Shown here one piece after another: positions 24,534 to 27,255 of a stretch of 27,255 nt of DNA; the stretch's first letter is position 1; the number at the start of each line of letters is the position of its first letter. This stretch comes from Candidatus Micrarchaeia archaeon (GTDB lineage: Archaea > Micrarchaeota > Micrarchaeia > Norongarragalinales > UBA8480), in NCBI GenBank assembly GCA_039794045.1, contig JBAMLY010000009.1, positions 1-27,255 of the forward strand, in the 5' to 3' direction. Both the position numbers and the translations under genes were made by a program. Under the pieces are notes generated by a model. The model ran no database searches. It was not told the origin of the DNA and was given only the letters and a program-made list of their open reading frames with translations.

Positions 24534-25489
24534 CGCGACGCGAACTGCTTAGGAAGCTTCTTCTCCCACTTATTTAACTCTTCCAAAAGCCTGCGCGGCG
24601 AGTACTCCTGCAGCTCTGCAACGAACTTCGCGTCCCTCAATTCGTCAAGCGCCAGCGGAAGACTGACTCCGTCCACCGTGACCGCGTCCTTCAAGTGAAG
24701 CGAGCCAAGAGGAACGCGGCAAAGCTTGCCTGAAGGCGTCTGCGACGGGTCAATCGTTATCACGCCAGCAACTTTCTCGTGCCCGCCCGCCACTCTCAGC
24801 TTAGTCTGCTTGGCTACCGCTGCAGCCCAACGCCCAGAAAAACTAGCCAGCGGATCGTTCTTAGAGTACTGAAACAATTGTTCGTAAACCGAGTTCGGCT
24901 GCGGCTTCTTGAAGAACAAGTAAACGTGAAAGGAACTACCAGTCCAGCACGCGAAAGGACCACCGCAAACCAGTTCACCCGCCTGCTCGCCAAACTCTTC
25001 GTCGCCCGAAACCACTTCAACGAAAGCGCTTGCCGCCTGCCGCGCTTGCTCGGCAGTCACGCCCGCCCCCCGGTCCAAGTCGAAAAACACCCTATCCAAC
25101 TGCTGGCCAGGCGACTCTCCATTCGTCGCGTAAAAAAAGTCGTTGAGCTTGCGCGGCAAAAAATAACTCCAAACTTTTCGTTGCGCTTCGCTCAAACTAG
25201 TTTTGGCGTCCTCCAAGTGCTCAGCAGTCCTGCGCACTTCAAGAAAGCGCAAGTCCACCGCTTCAATTAATTCCTCAACCGACAGCGGGGCTTCCTTGCT
25301 TCCCCTCTTTATCAGGAAAGGCATGGCGCCTCGAGGAAGCCAGTTCTTTGCAGCCAACAGCTTTCCCTTCAAGAAACGCGACAGCGAAGGCGCGACGCAA
25401 GCATAAAACAATAGAGTCTCAAAGTGCCCGAACGGCTTGAGCACGTCCTTTTGCCCTAAAGCATAGTCCAACAACTTGCTGGCAGCCAT
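24530..25489 (-). CDS. Stand-alone LigD-polymerase-like archaeo-eukaryotic primase (AEP)
   Basis: FYACVAP..FLKGK, DRVFFDLDRG (motif I), TGSSFHVY (motif II), GVITIDPSQ (motif III), VSLPLALDEL. Confidence 0.8.
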   Translation of the reverse strand: MAASKLLDYALGQKDVLKPFGHFETLLFYACVAPSLSRFLKGKLLAAKNWLPRGAMPFLIKRGSKEAPLSVEELIEAVDLRFLEVRRTAEHLEDAKTSLSEAQRKVWSYFLPRKLNDFFYATNGESPGQQLDRVFFDLDRGAGVTAEQARQAASAFVEVVSGDEEFGEQAGELVCGGPFACWTGSSFHVYLFFKKPQPNSVYEQLFQYSKNDPLASFSGRWAAAVAKQTKLRVAGGHEKVAGVITIDPSQTPSGKLCRVPLGSLHLKDAVTVDGVSLPLALDELRDAKFVAELQEYSPRRLLEELNKWEKKLPKQFASR

Positions 25490-25520
25490 GAAAAAAGAAT
25501 AAGGCTAATGAATAGAAAAA

Positions 25521-26414
25521 TCATTCGCTGGCGAACTGAAGCAGCTGGAATTCCTCGAAAGACAGTTTCCCGCCAGACCTCAGTTTTTCCTTCACTGCTT
25601 GAGCGCGCTCCTTCAAAGCCTCGACTCTCTTTCTCTTCAAGGCTTCTGCTGCCGCGCGCTCCCTCTCGCGCTCGCGCTCTTCCTCGGCTCGCTCGCGCGC
25701 GTACTCGGCCCTCTCGCGCTCCCACTGCTCGCGGTTGCGTTGGCTGATAAGCTGGCGCGCTTCTCTATACTCTTCCCGCGCTTGCCCAAGCGCTTCAAGT
25801 TTGGCGTTCAACTCGTTGATGCCAGAACTTATTTTCTCGTGAAGCGCATCAATCTCGGCACTCAACTTAACTATCTTTGCGTGGTGCTCGTCGCTCTTGC
25901 GCGCGTGCTCCACCAGTTCAGCGTGAACTTTGTTCGCTTCCTCGACGATGGGCCGCAGTTGCTCGCGCAAGGCATTCAAGCCCTTCCTGAGCTCGTCTGC
26001 TTCCTTGGAGCCCTTCAACTTCTTGGAGAGCTCGTTTATTTCTTCAGCGATTTCCTTTTCGCGCTTCGGAGAAGTGCCCTCGAAGTGAAGCAAGTAATCC
26101 AGTTGCTCTATGCGTTTTTCTATGGCGAGCGAGTTGCCTCCCCCTAAAGCCTTGAGTTTGGCGATCTTCTCGTTCACTCCCTTGCGCAACTCGTTGGCTT
26201 TCGCCTGCAACTCGGCGCGCCGCGCTTTAAGCTTTTTCACTTCCTCGTTTTCCTTGTTGCGTGCCTCGCGCTCGGTTCTCACTAGCTCCAAGTCCTTCTT
26301 GAGCGCTTCAATGTTGGCGCGGTTTCTCGCCTTCAAGGAAAGCACTTCATCGAGCGCTGCGTCCTTCTGCTTCTTAAGCTGTTCTGCCTTAACTGAAAAG
26401 TCTTCGTCACTCAT
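25521..26414 (-). CDS. Archaeal coiled-coil protein (COG1340-like)
   Basis: Long heptad repeats, hairpin IEQLDYLLHFEGTSPKREKEI, E/R-rich helix, C-terminal KLRSGGKLSFEEF. Confidence 0.8.
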   Translation of the reverse strand: MSDEDFSVKAEQLKKQKDAALDEVLSLKARNRANIEALKKDLELVRTEREARNKENEEVKKLKARRAELQAKANELRKGVNEKIAKLKALGGGNSLAIEKRIEQLDYLLHFEGTSPKREKEIAEEINELSKKLKGSKEADELRKGLNALREQLRPIVEEANKVHAELVEHARKSDEHHAKIVKLSAEIDALHEKISSGINELNAKLEALGQAREEYREARQLISQRNREQWERERAEYARERAEEERERERERAAAEALKRKRVEALKERAQAVKEKLRSGGKLSFEEFQLLQFASE

Positions 26415-26834
26415 TCAAACACTTTGCTGGGGCGCTTGAGGCGCTTCAGGCGGCACTTCCAACTCTATCTCAGCAATAATTTCGTCTAACTCTGCGCGCT
26501 GCTTCTCCAAAACTTTTTGAATCTTGCGAATGCGCTTTTGGTTCAAGCCAATCTCGCGGTACTTGCGAGCCGCCTTATTGAAGTGCTCTATGGAAAGCGT
26601 GAAAAACTCTTCGTTGTCCATGGACTGCGCAATGTCAGCCAAAATCTCTCCCAACAACAAGTTAGCGGCTTCTTTTACGTCGCGCTTTATTTGGTGTTCT
26701 TTCTTCAAGTTAGCTTTTATTATGCGCACGACTCTCGCGTTCGGGAAAGGAAGGTTTTCAGATTCTTCGTCGACTTCTTCCTCTTCCACGCCAGCCTCTA
26801 CCGCTCCTTCCACTGCTTTTTCCTCTTCAGCCAT
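26415..26834 (-). CDS. Histone-fold protein with an acidic N-tail and a C-terminal coiled coil
   Basis: LPFPNARVVRIIK alpha1, a long alpha2, TLSIEHF L2/alpha3, then a heptad helix. GGTGG SD. Confidence 0.78.
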   Translation of the reverse strand: MAEEEKAVEGAVEAGVEEEEVDEESENLPFPNARVVRIIKANLKKEHQIKRDVKEAANLLLGEILADIAQSMDNEEFFTLSIEHFNKAARKYREIGLNQKRIRKIQKVLEKQRAELDEIIAEIELEVPPEAPQAPQQSV

Positions 26835-26939
26835 TCAAAACCACCAATAAACACCGCACTACAACGCCGCCAAAAACAACTTAAAAATCGAGCTAAGTTA
26901 TTGGGAAAAAATAGTTTTTAAACGTGTTGGGCACAACTA

Positions 26940-26962
26940 GAAAAAAACAAAAAAAGAAAAAA
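26940..26962 (-). terminator. Oligo-T terminator after the last ORF
   Basis: The minus strand reads TTTTTCTTTTTTTGTTTTTTTC directly after the TAA at 26964. Confidence 0.55.
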
Positions 26963-26963
26963 T

Positions 26964-27254
26964 TTACTTGGGTGTTAGTACGAGATAAAACATTGACGCG
27001 TTGCTGAGAGCCCATCCTCTTGAGCCAGCAGTGCACCCCTCTTTAGTCCAAACATCGCAGTCATAGTAAACTATGACTTTTTTCGCGGTGTCCACAAAAA
27101 CGAACTTAGGACGTTTGACGCCACTAGAAGTATTTATTTCAAATGAGCCATTAGCTTTCTCCAAATCAAATCCCAAATCAATAAGCTTCGTGGAAAGATT
27201 ATTTTGTTCAGCGAAGTTTTTCAGTCTTTCATCCGTAACTCTTGGCACAGCCAT
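26964..27254 (-). CDS. Hypothetical protein, probably 5'-truncated by the window edge
   Basis: Open frame to the window end, AT-richer than its neighbours, followed by a T-tract. Confidence 0.55.
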   Translation of the reverse strand: MAVPRVTDERLKNFAEQNNLSTKLIDLGFDLEKANGSFEINTSSGVKRPKFVFVDTAKKVIVYYDCDVWTKEGCTAGSRGWALSNASMFYLVLTPK

Positions 27255-27255
27255 G

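Noticed and set aside
25640..25730. CGCGCT/CTCG-like short repeats as a CRISPR or tandem repeat element
   Set aside because: They are the antisense of E/R/A codons in a charged helix of the coiled-coil gene. There is no repeat-spacer periodicity.

Overview
Archaeal chromosomal segment, most consistent with a DPANN lineage such as Micrarchaeota. The taxonomy is inferred from the ftsZ-secE-spt5-rpl11 and rpl1-rplP0-rpl12 genes, GGTG/GAGGTG Shine-Dalgarno sites and TATA-like promoters. It holds about 36 intact CDS: cell division and translation genes, ZIP and NRAMP-type metal transporters, a PP2C phosphatase, three DNA-repair enzyme types (EndoIV, EndoIII, split LigD phosphoesterase + polymerase), a copper/thiol-redox cluster, SufS, an ADP-dependent sugar kinase, CysRS and a histone-fold/coiled-coil gene pair. 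Hidden between the listed ORFs (15432-16256) are three gene remnants, including a deletion scar that joins the 3' ends of a divergent wHTH regulator and copA. Top leads: (1) an unannotated stand-alone LigD-type primase-polymerase converging on a stand-alone LigD 3'-phosphoesterase next to nth; (2) a copper/redox module with a Cys-rich membrane domain fused to an atypical DsbA-like domain, plus a cupredoxin that lost its Cu ligands; (3) an acidic-tailed coiled-coil histone coupled to a COG1340-like protein; (4) a structured leader before rpl1. No tRNA, rRNA, CRISPR array or transposase was seen. All family calls are by motif recognition, not database search.
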